64,000 bases of DNA from an uncultured delta proteobacterium (GTDB lineage: Bacteria; Desulfobacterota; Zymogenia; Zymogenales; Zymogenaceae): positions 448,001 through 512,000 of the forward strand of contig CAVTLK010000004.1 of the NCBI GenBank assembly GCA_963735595.1, in the 5' to 3' direction. Shown here one piece after another: positions 11,996 to 20,848 of this stretch; position 1 is the stretch's first letter, and each line of letters starts with the position of its first letter. Below the pieces are notes generated by a model, which saw nothing but the letters and a program-made list of their open reading frames with translations, was not told the DNA's origin and made no database searches. The translations under genes and the position numbers were made by a program.

Positions 11996-13090
11996 ATGAA
12001 ACAATATCGGATAGCGCTTTTGCCCGGCGACGGCATCGGGGTCGAGGTCGTCGCCGAGGCCAGAAAAGTCCTCGAAGCCGTGGGACGCCGTCACGCCATT
12101 TCCTTCGATTTCGTCGAATGCCTGGTGGGGGGGGCCGCTATCGACCGCTTCGGCGTGCCGCTTCCCGACGAAACACTTACACAGGCCCGCAGTTGCGATG
12201 CCGTTATCCTGGGGGCCGTGGGCGGCCCCGCGTGGGATAAACTGGCCACCGACAGTCGGCCCGAGGCGGGCCTGCTGGGCCTGAGAAAGGGGCTCGCGCT
12301 CTTTGCCAACCTGCGACCGGCTATCCTCTTTGACGAGCTGATCGGCGAGTCGGCGATCAAAGAGGAAGTTATCCGGGGGGTCGATATCATGGTGGTGCGG
12401 GAGCTGACCGGTGACGTCTATTTCGGAACCCCGCGCGGAATCGAAAAGCGGGACGGACAGCGGGTCGGGATCAACACAATGGTCTATTCCGAATCCGAGA
12501 TCAGGCGTATCGCGCATACGGCGTTTTCGGTCGCGCGGAGGCGCAGAAATAAAGTTACCTCGGTGGACAAGGCCAACGTCCTGGAGTCAATGGCCCTGTG
12601 GCGGGACGTGGTCACGGAGGTTGGGCGGGAATATCCCGACGTGGCGCTCGAACATATGTACGTCGATAACTGCGCCATGCAGCTCGTCAGAAACCCGCGT
12701 GACTTCGATACTATTTTGACAACCAATATGTTTGGTGATATAGTGAGCGATGAAGCGGCGATGCTGACCGGCTCCATCGGCATGCTCCCCTCTGCGAGCC
12801 TCGGCGAGTCCGGTTCGGTCGGGCTATTCGAGCCGGTCCACGGCAGCGCCCCGGACATCGCCGGGCGTGGCATCGCCAACCCGATCGCCTGCATTCTGTC
12901 TACGGCGATGATGCTCGACCTGTCGTTCCACGAAGAAGCGGCGGCTTACACGATAATGAGCGCAGTCCGAACGGCCGTTGCAGACGGACTGAGGACAACG
13001 GATATTTACCGGGGCGAAGGCACGCGCGTATCGACCACTGAAATGGGAGACCGTATTACCGAGATGATCGGGAAACTGAAAGGAGTGTAA
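11996..13090 (+). CDS. leuB: 3-isopropylmalate dehydrogenase
   Basis: [29 protein letters not shown] and [12 protein letters not shown] motifs. Confidence 0.96.
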   Translation: MKQYRIALLPGDGIGVEVVAEARKVLEAVGRRHAISFDFVECLVGGAAIDRFGVPLPDETLTQARSCDAVILGAVGGPAWDKLATDSRPEAGLLGLRKGLALFANLRPAILFDELIGESAIKEEVIRGVDIMVVRELTGDVYFGTPRGIEKRDGQRVGINTMVYSESEIRRIAHTAFSVARRRRNKVTSVDKANVLESMALWRDVVTEVGREYPDVALEHMYVDNCAMQLVRNPRDFDTILTTNMFGDIVSDEAAMLTGSIGMLPSASLGESGSVGLFEPVHGSAPDIAGRGIANPIACILSTAMMLDLSFHEEAAAYTIMSAVRTAVADGLRTTDIYRGEGTRVSTTEMGDRITEMIGKLKGV

Positions 13091-13099
13091 CGCAGTACT

Positions 13100-14125
13100 A
13101 TGGCAGCGAAAAAGGAATACCGCGTGGCGGTGGCCGGAGCCACCGGCGCCGTCGGTAACGAGATGGTCAAGACACTTGAGCAGAGAAATTTCCCCGTCCG
13201 GGAGCTCGTGTTGCTGGCCTCGGAGCGGTCCGAGGGCAAGAAGATGCGTTTTCGCGGCACAGACGTCACGGTGCACACCATGACGAAGGACTCGTTTGCC
13301 GGCGTGGATGTCGCCCTCTTTTCCGCGGGCGCTTCACGAAGCCTCGAATTTGCCCCGGCCGCAGCGGCCGCAGGAGCCGTTGTCATCGACAATTCGAGCG
13401 CATTCAGGATGGAGCCGGATATACCACTGGTGGTGCCGGAAGTCAATCCGCAGGCTATAGCCGACTTCACGAAGCGCCGAATAATCGCCAATCCGAATTG
13501 CTCGACCATCCAAATGGTGGTCGTTCTCAAACCCCTGCACGACGCGGCCAGGATAAAACGCGTCGTCGTATCGACGTATCAGGCCGTCTCGGGAACGGGA
13601 AGCAAGGCCATTGAGGAACTGGACCGTCAATCGAGAGCGGTACTGGGCGGGACATCGTTCGAGAAGAAGGTGTATCCCCATACGATCGCCTTCAACTGCC
13701 TGCCCCATATCGACTCCTTTACCGATAATGGGTATACCAAGGAAGAGATAAAGATGGTCAATGAGACCAAGAAGATCATGGGGGACGACACAATTGCCGT
13801 AACCGCAACCACCGTGCGGGTTCCCGTTTTCTATTCCCACAGCGAGTCGGTCAATATCGAAACCGAGAAAAAACTGACACCCGAACGGGCGCGGGAAATC
13901 CTAAAAAAGGCCCCCGGCGTTGTGGTAGTCGACGATCCATCTCATAATATCTATCCATTGGCGCTGGACGCGGCCGGAAAGGACGATACCCTCGTCGGGA
14001 GAATCAGAGAAGATTTCTCGATACCCAACGGACTAAACATGTGGATCGTCTCAGATAATATTCGAAAGGGGGCGGCGCTCAACGCCGTACAGATCGCCGA
14101 GTACTATATAACCCACTACGCGTAG
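13100..14125 (+). CDS. asd: aspartate-semialdehyde dehydrogenase
   Basis: GATGAVG, DNSSAFRM, ANPNCSTIQ and DNIRKGAALNAVQIAE motifs. Confidence 0.97.
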   Translation: MAAKKEYRVAVAGATGAVGNEMVKTLEQRNFPVRELVLLASERSEGKKMRFRGTDVTVHTMTKDSFAGVDVALFSAGASRSLEFAPAAAAAGAVVIDNSSAFRMEPDIPLVVPEVNPQAIADFTKRRIIANPNCSTIQMVVVLKPLHDAARIKRVVVSTYQAVSGTGSKAIEELDRQSRAVLGGTSFEKKVYPHTIAFNCLPHIDSFTDNGYTKEEIKMVNETKKIMGDDTIAVTATTVRVPVFYSHSESVNIETEKKLTPERAREILKKAPGVVVVDDPSHNIYPLALDAAGKDDTLVGRIREDFSIPNGLNMWIVSDNIRKGAALNAVQIAEYYITHYA

Positions 14126-14130
14126 GGGTA

Positions 14131-16338
14131 ATGGCTCAAAACGATACAGACGCCAGGTATCTCGCCTCTCTAAAGCAGGGCACCTTCTCGAAGGAGGAGC
14201 GTCTCAAGCTTGCTCGGGGACAAACCTTCGAGGGGATCGCAACCCCCCCAAATACCCTCGCCAAACTCTGCGAGGATTCCGACCTGCTTGTTCGGGTTCA
14301 GGCAAAAAAGTCGATCCTACGGCTTGCCGAACAGGACCTCGTTCAGATCGCCGCCGACGCCGGCACATCTCCCGAGCTTCTCCTTTTCCTGGCTAAGCAC
14401 TTCCATGACTCTCAGGCCGTCGGGACCGCCATCATCGGCAATAGAAAGACTACGGAAAAGATTCTCTATTATCTCCAGGGAGAAATAGACGAACACGAGG
14501 AGGATCGCGAATCGGCCTTTGCCGGCAGCACCTCCGAACAAGATGTTGAGTTCGAGGTGGAAGACATCACGTCCCCCGGAAGAGGCCGGCAGCCCGATGA
14601 CGATATCGAAGTTACCGTCGAGCTCGACAGTAAGGAAGATTCACACGGCGGATTCTCCGAACGGGAAAGATATTCCGACGCCGACATGGAGGTCGTTATC
14701 GGTGTAGAGTCGGGTCATGAAGAAATCATCGACGAGCACCTCCTGGAGAGGAATATTATCGGCTCGGACGAGCTTTCCGGGATATTATCCGAAAAAAGAG
14801 CTGAACCGACGGGCTCCGATACCGACATTAAGGACTTCTCCTCTACGGTTGACGAGATCGAGGGGAGATTCGATGACGTCTTCCAGATTGATACGGGACG
14901 GCACGATACGACTGAGGCGGATGCCTCGACCGGCGACTTCGAGATTGGAGACATAACGGGGGGGATGGCCACCCACGAGATAGCCATAGAACCGGATAGT
15001 AAACCTGTGCGGGCCGAAACGTCCAATCAGGAGAAGCCTGGCCGCGGCCCGCGGGTTATGATGGATGAGACAAGAAGAGAGGTTGCCGTCGACACCGGCA
15101 AGTTTGTCGCCCGTCTCCCGATGGGCCGCTACTTCTATAAAGTCTCGCCACTTGAGATTCTCTCCCGGATAATACGTATCTCCGTGCCTATTGTCGCCGT
15201 CCTGGTGATCCTTACGGTTTTCTGGCTTGCCATGCCCACTACCCATCCATCGATCGAGGAGCTGGAGGGAGGCGTTAACAGGATCTTTTACTCAATCAGG
15301 ACGGACGGTCTAAACGCGAAGATCCCCGATCCTTTTCCGCCCGGATCTTCAATCGTGTCCTGGGAATTGCTAAAATCCTCGCCGGAGACGGAAGTTACAA
15401 AGGGAGGGCTCGAGAAGGCGATCGAAACCTACACCGCCGATTTTTCGGAAGAAATAGAGTATGACAATACCAAGAACGAGCTTTCTCTTCAGGAAAAGAC
15501 GTATAGAGAAAACGGGCAGCGAATTGCGGAGATCGATGAGACGATAGGTGTTCTCAACGCCGATAAAACAAAGTACCTCAGTCTCGTTTCTAACGATAAG
15601 CTGGACGCTCAATCCATCGAAGAGGAATACCAGAAGGAGGTAAAGATCTTCAAGGAGGACTTTAACACCTTCGAGAATCAGATAAAGATAATCGAACAGG
15701 ATACGGCCGACGCGAAGCGACGGATAGCCGAGTATGAAGCGGTTTATGGAAGGGGAGGTAATGACCCCGCATATAACGCCAATAAAATGGAGCTTGAGGA
15801 TCTCGCGGCCACGTACTCTCGTCTCAAGCCCCAGTACGATAAACGAAAGGCCGGTTATGACTCAAGGCTCAGGACCATCCGAGAGCAGTATCAGAATATG
15901 CTTGACGATAGGGTCTGGCTTGAAACCGTCGAGAAATATATTAAGGAGCTCCAGCAGGAAAAGATACGGCTTGTCTCCGAGAACAAGATTATCGAAAAAG
16001 AAGTAAAGCAAATCAAAGAACAGATCAAGGACCTCGAGGCCGAGCGATCCACACGCCCTAAATTGACCGGAGAAAACCTCATCATGTTCCTGCTCCTGAC
16101 TCACTATATGCGCGAGAGGGGTGTTGAGGAACTAAACGAGATCTCGATCCTGGATCGGTACAGAATCTATAAAACGGTATCCGACGTAGACGTCGGACTT
16201 GCCGAAAACGGTAAGGAAGTACAGAAGCACTATAAGCTTACTATAATGAGGCTTGAGACGGAAAAGTCCATAATCTTTTATCTGTGGAATAAGAACTCGA
16301 CAACCTGGGTCCTGACCTCTATTACCGCCGATAAGTAG
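14131..16338 (+). CDS. hypothetical bitopic membrane protein (helical-repeat N-terminus, acidic linker, one TM, long coiled coil)
   Basis: 735-aa ORF tightly packed between asd and ecfT; D/E-rich segment, TM ISVPIVAVLVILTVFWLAM and heptad-rich C-terminal half. Confidence 0.8.
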   Translation: MAQNDTDARYLASLKQGTFSKEERLKLARGQTFEGIATPPNTLAKLCEDSDLLVRVQAKKSILRLAEQDLVQIAADAGTSPELLLFLAKHFHDSQAVGTAIIGNRKTTEKILYYLQGEIDEHEEDRESAFAGSTSEQDVEFEVEDITSPGRGRQPDDDIEVTVELDSKEDSHGGFSERERYSDADMEVVIGVESGHEEIIDEHLLERNIIGSDELSGILSEKRAEPTGSDTDIKDFSSTVDEIEGRFDDVFQIDTGRHDTTEADASTGDFEIGDITGGMATHEIAIEPDSKPVRAETSNQEKPGRGPRVMMDETRREVAVDTGKFVARLPMGRYFYKVSPLEILSRIIRISVPIVAVLVILTVFWLAMPTTHPSIEELEGGVNRIFYSIRTDGLNAKIPDPFPPGSSIVSWELLKSSPETEVTKGGLEKAIETYTADFSEEIEYDNTKNELSLQEKTYRENGQRIAEIDETIGVLNADKTKYLSLVSNDKLDAQSIEEEYQKEVKIFKEDFNTFENQIKIIEQDTADAKRRIAEYEAVYGRGGNDPAYNANKMELEDLAATYSRLKPQYDKRKAGYDSRLRTIREQYQNMLDDRVWLETVEKYIKELQQEKIRLVSENKIIEKEVKQIKEQIKDLEAERSTRPKLTGENLIMFLLLTHYMRERGVEELNEISILDRYRIYKTVSDVDVGLAENGKEVQKHYKLTIMRLETEKSIIFYLWNKNSTTWVLTSITADK

Positions 16339-16346
16339 CCGTTAAA

Positions 16347-17144
16347 ATGAAATTCTTACAAGACATAACCCTCGGCCAATATATGCCGGTCGATTCATTC
16401 GTCCATCGGCTTGATCCAAGAACGAAGTTCATAACGCTCATGATACTGATGATCATCGTTTTTTTTATCACGAGACCCCTTCCGTTTCTTCTTATGGGAC
16501 TGTTCATCGCCCTGATCATCAGGCGCTCCAATATACCCATCGGCTCCGTAATGCGCGGGATTGTCCCTTTTTTCTGGCTCTTTCTCTTTGCCGCAGTCGC
16601 CCATCTTTTTTTCACCCCCGGGCGTTCCATTCCCCCCTTTCCCGTTGGATTCCTTAACGTCACCGAGGAGGGGCTGATAAACGGAGCGTTAGTATCTACG
16701 CGGATCCTTTGCGTCATCGTGCTGTCGTCGCTCTTGACCCTCACGACTACGCCGATGGAATTGACGACCGCATTGAAAAAGGTCCTGTCTCCGCTGAGGG
16801 CCGTTAAGGCCCCGATAGATGATTTCGTCATGATGATGATGCTGACCATCCGGTTCGTTCCCATTCTCCTTTTGGAATCTCAGCGAATCATCAACGCCCA
16901 GAAGTCCAGGGGCATCGACTTTGAAACGGGAGGGATATTTTCGCGGGCCAAGAAACTCGTGCCTATTCTTATCCCCCTGTTCCACCTATCTTTCAAGCGG
17001 GCCGACGAACTGGCCGTGGCCATGGTCTGCCGGGGTTACGTTACGGGTGCCGACCGGACAAGTTTCAAAGAACTCCGGTTTGCCGGTACCGATTTCCTGT
17101 CTATGGCCGTTGTCCTTCTTATGACGCCGTTCTTTTTTATCTGA
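16347..17144 (+). CDS. ecfT: ECF transporter transmembrane component T
   Basis: ITLGQY..DSFVHRLDPRTK, IRFVP, AQKSRG and AMVCRGY motifs. Confidence 0.9.
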   Translation: MKFLQDITLGQYMPVDSFVHRLDPRTKFITLMILMIIVFFITRPLPFLLMGLFIALIIRRSNIPIGSVMRGIVPFFWLFLFAAVAHLFFTPGRSIPPFPVGFLNVTEEGLINGALVSTRILCVIVLSSLLTLTTTPMELTTALKKVLSPLRAVKAPIDDFVMMMMLTIRFVPILLLESQRIINAQKSRGIDFETGGIFSRAKKLVPILIPLFHLSFKRADELAVAMVCRGYVTGADRTSFKELRFAGTDFLSMAVVLLMTPFFFI

Positions 17145-17145
17145 C

Positions 17146-17886
17146 ATGAGGAATATACGGCTGACCCTTTCCTATGACGGCACAGACTTTTCCGGGTGGC
17201 AGTACCAGCCGGATGCGAGAACGGTGCAGGGAGCGGTGGAGGAAGCGCTGGGCGTGATACTGGCCGCCCCCGTGAGAATAGGCGGGGCGGGAAGGACCGA
17301 CGCGGGCGTACACGCCCTCGGGCAAACGGCCGGTTTCAGGACTACCTCCCGCATACCGTGTCCTGTGCTCTGCCGTGGGCTCAACGCGCTGCTTGCCCCG
17401 GATGTACGTGTCCTTTGTGCCGACGAAGTCCCGGATTCCTTTGACGTGCGAAGATCGGCGATCCTACGGGTATATCGATATTTTATCTATACGGGATCGG
17501 TGATGTCCCCGTTTATGGGCCGGTATGCCTGGCATATCCCGGCGCCGCTGGGCTCCGATGCGATGAATCGGGCGGGCTCTCAGTTGGTGGGAACCCATGA
17601 TTTTGCGTCGTTTGCCTGCGCCCAGGACGAAACGATGAGCACGGTACGACAGATCGTGTCTTTTCACGTCGATGAAGTCGGCGGCGGCGTTATACAGATC
17701 GAAATCGCCGCGAATGCCTTTCTCAGGCATATGGTTCGTTCCATCGTCGGCACGATCGTGGACGTGGGGAGAGGAAAAATGAGCGTCGAGGACTTCGGCG
17801 AGATCATCCGGGCGCGCGACAGGGCCCGGGCCGGGGTGACCGCCCCCCCCCAGGGGCTCTTTTTGGTCGAGGTGCGCTACCCGTGA
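17146..17886 (+). CDS. truA: tRNA pseudouridine(38-40) synthase
   Basis: YDGTDFSGWQ, GRTDAGVHALGQ, FLRHMVRSIVG and TAPPQGL motifs. Confidence 0.96.
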   Translation: MRNIRLTLSYDGTDFSGWQYQPDARTVQGAVEEALGVILAAPVRIGGAGRTDAGVHALGQTAGFRTTSRIPCPVLCRGLNALLAPDVRVLCADEVPDSFDVRRSAILRVYRYFIYTGSVMSPFMGRYAWHIPAPLGSDAMNRAGSQLVGTHDFASFACAQDETMSTVRQIVSFHVDEVGGGVIQIEIAANAFLRHMVRSIVGTIVDVGRGKMSVEDFGEIIRARDRARAGVTAPPQGLFLVEVRYP

Positions 17887-18446
17887 GACGGCGAACCAGG
17901 ACGTTTATCCTTATATCGCTCTTCTCGGCCCTGACGGCTGCGGGCGCCTTTATCAAGATCCCCATGCCGCTGGTGCCGATGACCCTTCAGACGCTCCTGG
18001 TCTACTCGTCCGGCCTCTTCCTGGGGCCTGCGGGCGGGGCCCTGTCTCAGCTCATATACGTGACGCTCGGGCTGGTGGGTTTTCCGATCTTTTCCGGGGG
18101 GGGCGGGATTGCCTACATCTTTTCCCCCACCTTCGGCTACCTTATCGGGTTCATTCCGGCCGCCGCGGTGGCGGGCCTGCTCTCGCGAAGGGGAGGAAGG
18201 GTCTGGCCCGTATGCGGGGTTATATGCGCCGTCCTGATCGTTTATATCTTCGGGGTTCCCTATTTTATGGTTGCCGCGCACTTCTTCCTGGATAAAGAAA
18301 TCGCCCTGGTGACCGCGCTCAAGATCGGGTTCCTGTTGCCCCTTATTGGTGATTCGATGAAGGCCGTAGCGGCCCTTGCCGTCTTTTTCTCTGCGCGCGA
18401 GCGGCTCGGCCTTCCCTTGGGGACAAAGGTATGGACCGAACGATAA
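17883..18446 (+). CDS. bioY: biotin transporter S component BioY
   Basis: VPMTLQTL, LGLVGFPIFSGGGG and PTFGYLIGF motifs. Confidence 0.9.
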   Translation: MRRRTRTFILISLFSALTAAGAFIKIPMPLVPMTLQTLLVYSSGLFLGPAGGALSQLIYVTLGLVGFPIFSGGGGIAYIFSPTFGYLIGFIPAAAVAGLLSRRGGRVWPVCGVICAVLIVYIFGVPYFMVAAHFFLDKEIALVTALKIGFLLPLIGDSMKAVAALAVFFSARERLGLPLGTKVWTER

Positions 18447-19387
18447 CGCTCTTCGATGTGCCCCAGAAACGCCTCAGAGAGGTGCAAAAGGCCCTCTCGA
18501 CACTCGATCTTGCGGGCGCGCGGCTGAATATGGATGTGCTCGCCAGGCAGTACCCCGATCACCCCGAGGTAAGGCGCGAGGATATAATCGTCCGGTTTCT
18601 GGAGGAGACCTTTTCCACCATCACGAAACCGGCCCAGCTCTTCACCCACTATTCGGCCTTCAAGAAGCTCCTTAAAGAAAGCTCGTATATACCCGAATAC
18701 CTTGCCGACCTCGAACGGGCCTATTTCGGGCGCGTCGTGGACGCGGGGGGAACCGAGCCCCTCGCCCCGATTTATGGATATCCCCCGGGGTACCTTCTGC
18801 TCAAGGCCGGGCGCCTGGAGGAGGCCAAGCAGTCATTGATCGGAGAGCTCTCTCAAGCGGGAATTACTCCCAAGAAAAGGGCGCACCTTCTGGGATACCT
18901 CGGAGACGTCTTTATTGCGGGAGGAGAGATCGAAGAGGCGCGGCGGCACTACGTGGAGGCGATCCAGGCCGACACGAGCGGGATTGACGTCAAGGCGATG
19001 CTGGACGACGACACCAAGGCGTTGATCCTCGGCACGTACATCCCCGAGGGCCTGGGAGGGATCTGGGCCGCCTCCGTCGGCTATATACTCATGGTGTTCC
19101 CCGCGCCCGTATTTCGGGATTCGGACGAATTGATGGCCTTCTTTAAGGAATTTAACCGTCATCGATCGGAGCTTGGGAAGGACGATTCCGACGAGACGCC
19201 GGGCAGGGTGTTCTATCATGCGCTGGTCATGGTGGAACACGAGAAGCTGTTCCGCGCGCTCAAGGGCGCCGACATGATGGAGCTGCGAAAGCTCATGCGT
19301 ACCATCAATCCCGCCCTCTATCGTTTCTACACCAAGGCATCGATGGCGCGTAAAAACGGAGAAGACCTCTTCGAAAAGGATCAGTGA
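18431..19387 (+). CDS. hypothetical protein with a TPR-like segment
   Basis: 318-aa ORF overlapping the bioY end; LGYLGDVFIAGGEIEEARRHYVEAI is TPR-like. Confidence 0.7.
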   Translation: MDRTITLFDVPQKRLREVQKALSTLDLAGARLNMDVLARQYPDHPEVRREDIIVRFLEETFSTITKPAQLFTHYSAFKKLLKESSYIPEYLADLERAYFGRVVDAGGTEPLAPIYGYPPGYLLLKAGRLEEAKQSLIGELSQAGITPKKRAHLLGYLGDVFIAGGEIEEARRHYVEAIQADTSGIDVKAMLDDDTKALILGTYIPEGLGGIWAASVGYILMVFPAPVFRDSDELMAFFKEFNRHRSELGKDDSDETPGRVFYHALVMVEHEKLFRALKGADMMELRKLMRTINPALYRFYTKASMARKNGEDLFEKDQ

Positions 19388-19403
19388 CGAGGCACGCTCG
19401 GAT

Positions 19404-19898
19404 TTATCGAAGGATGCAGGGCTCCGGCCTCTCGGGTGAGAGCGTCCCATCGTAAAGCAGGTGTGTCACGGCCCCTCCCATCATCACCACCGCCGCTGCG
19501 ATAAGGTGCTTACGGTGGCACCGGTCCGGATCCCGTTCCGCGCACATCACGGCGCAGCGCTTCGATAAAGATAGCTCCCAAAGCCGCCGTAACCCCTCAC
19601 GAAATGACGCGCTTGCCGACGCCTCCACCCACGAGAGGGGAGGCCCTTTCGCGCGCCCTCCCGGACGGCCTCCCAGAAGATCCCCCAGGTAGCAGTATCC
19701 GATACGGGCCGACGCCAGGCTTTTTTCGAGCGCCGCCCTGTTGAACTGAGGCGCAAAACGCGAGAAGGGAACGCTCCTGACGTCAACGATCAGCTCGATC
19801 CCGGCCGCCCCGATAAGCTCGATAAAGCGGCCGATCGGGTGGTTGGAGTGTCCGACGGTATAGAGAACGGCCGCTGTCCGCCGGTTGCTATAATCCAT
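19404..19898 (-). CDS. DUF488 family protein
   Basis: LYTVGHSN, IVDVRSVPFSR, LGGR and MCAERDPDRCHR motifs; likely ATG at 19898 rather than 20123. Confidence 0.85.
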   Translation of the reverse strand: MDYSNRRTAAVLYTVGHSNHPIGRFIELIGAAGIELIVDVRSVPFSRFAPQFNRAALEKSLASARIGYCYLGDLLGGRPGGRAKGPPLSWVEASASASFREGLRRLWELSLSKRCAVMCAERDPDRCHRKHLIAAAVVMMGGAVTHLLYDGTLSPERPEPCILR

Positions 19899-20466
19899 CG
19901 TTAGCGTGTTTAATGACAAGGGAGCGAAACGATGTAAGCACGGTATCCCGGTAGGTTTCAAAGGACGCCGGGTCACAGCGAAAGACCAGGGTGACCCGGC
20001 TCTCGTCGGTGAAATAGTCCTGTATCCAGATATAGTCCGGTCCGAAGAGGGTGTTCTTCTCGGTGCCCCTTGCCAGGACCCTGACTCCCGACCATCCATC
20101 GAGATAGAGGTTTTCCTTCTCAACGAGTACGTAGTTTTCGCTCGAAAAGGCCCTCACATAGCCTCTCATTGCCTTATCGGCCCGATCCTCCGAAGAGCCG
20201 CTGCCGGAATACACCGAGAACGTGATTTTTGGGTTATGCTCCGTTGTCGGGGAAAAGGCCGTCGTGCCCCAGAAACCCCATCGAATCCACCCATTGGGCG
20301 GCATAAAGGACGCAACGCCGAGGGAATCGGTCACCAGACTACCGAGCGATACATCTCCGGCGTTCGCACGTGGGACGGCAGGAAGCAGAAAACATACGCA
20401 GACCACAACCGAAAGAATCATCAGGGGGGAACCAAACGGGGATCTCTTATCGATGCTACCGTTCAT
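19888..20466 (-). CDS. hypothetical exported protein
   Basis: Signal-peptide-like N-terminus ending ANA; overlaps the DUF488 start. Confidence 0.65.
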   Translation of the reverse strand: MNGSIDKRSPFGSPLMILSVVVCVCFLLPAVPRANAGDVSLGSLVTDSLGVASFMPPNGWIRWGFWGTTAFSPTTEHNPKITFSVYSGSGSSEDRADKAMRGYVRAFSSENYVLVEKENLYLDGWSGVRVLARGTEKNTLFGPDYIWIQDYFTDESRVTLVFRCDPASFETYRDTVLTSFRSLVIKHANDGL

Positions 20467-20548
20467 AAATAGTCCCTATGGTATAATGGTTTTGCATTAT
20501 AGCACGATGGGTTTCGCAGGTGCGATCTTTATTTATGGGCCGGGTTTA

Positions 20549-20577
20549 TTGACTTTATCGCGGCGGCGTGGTAGATT
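20549..20577 (+). promoter_or_regulatory. sigma-70 promoter upstream of the radical SAM-rng operon
   Basis: TTGACT-N17-TAGATT with extended TG. Confidence 0.55.
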
Positions 20578-20848
20578 TCATTCAGGTAACAGCGTGGCGG
20601 CGGTATTGCCGCCGGTTTTACCCGTATTTTGCAGGGGTATGAGTCTACCGTTCCGCTCGCCTCATTTTTTTACGTCAACCTCAAAAGGATCAGGCTTATG
20701 ACCGCCGCACCGGCCTCCGATCCAGCGGATCGCGCCGATCGACGGACAGATACTCTGTTGTTCGGCCGGAACGGGGTATTTCGTGAGGGATTTTCCCGAG
20801 GTGATTGATCGGGACCGGCGGGTCATTATCCGTTTTTACGTATCGACG

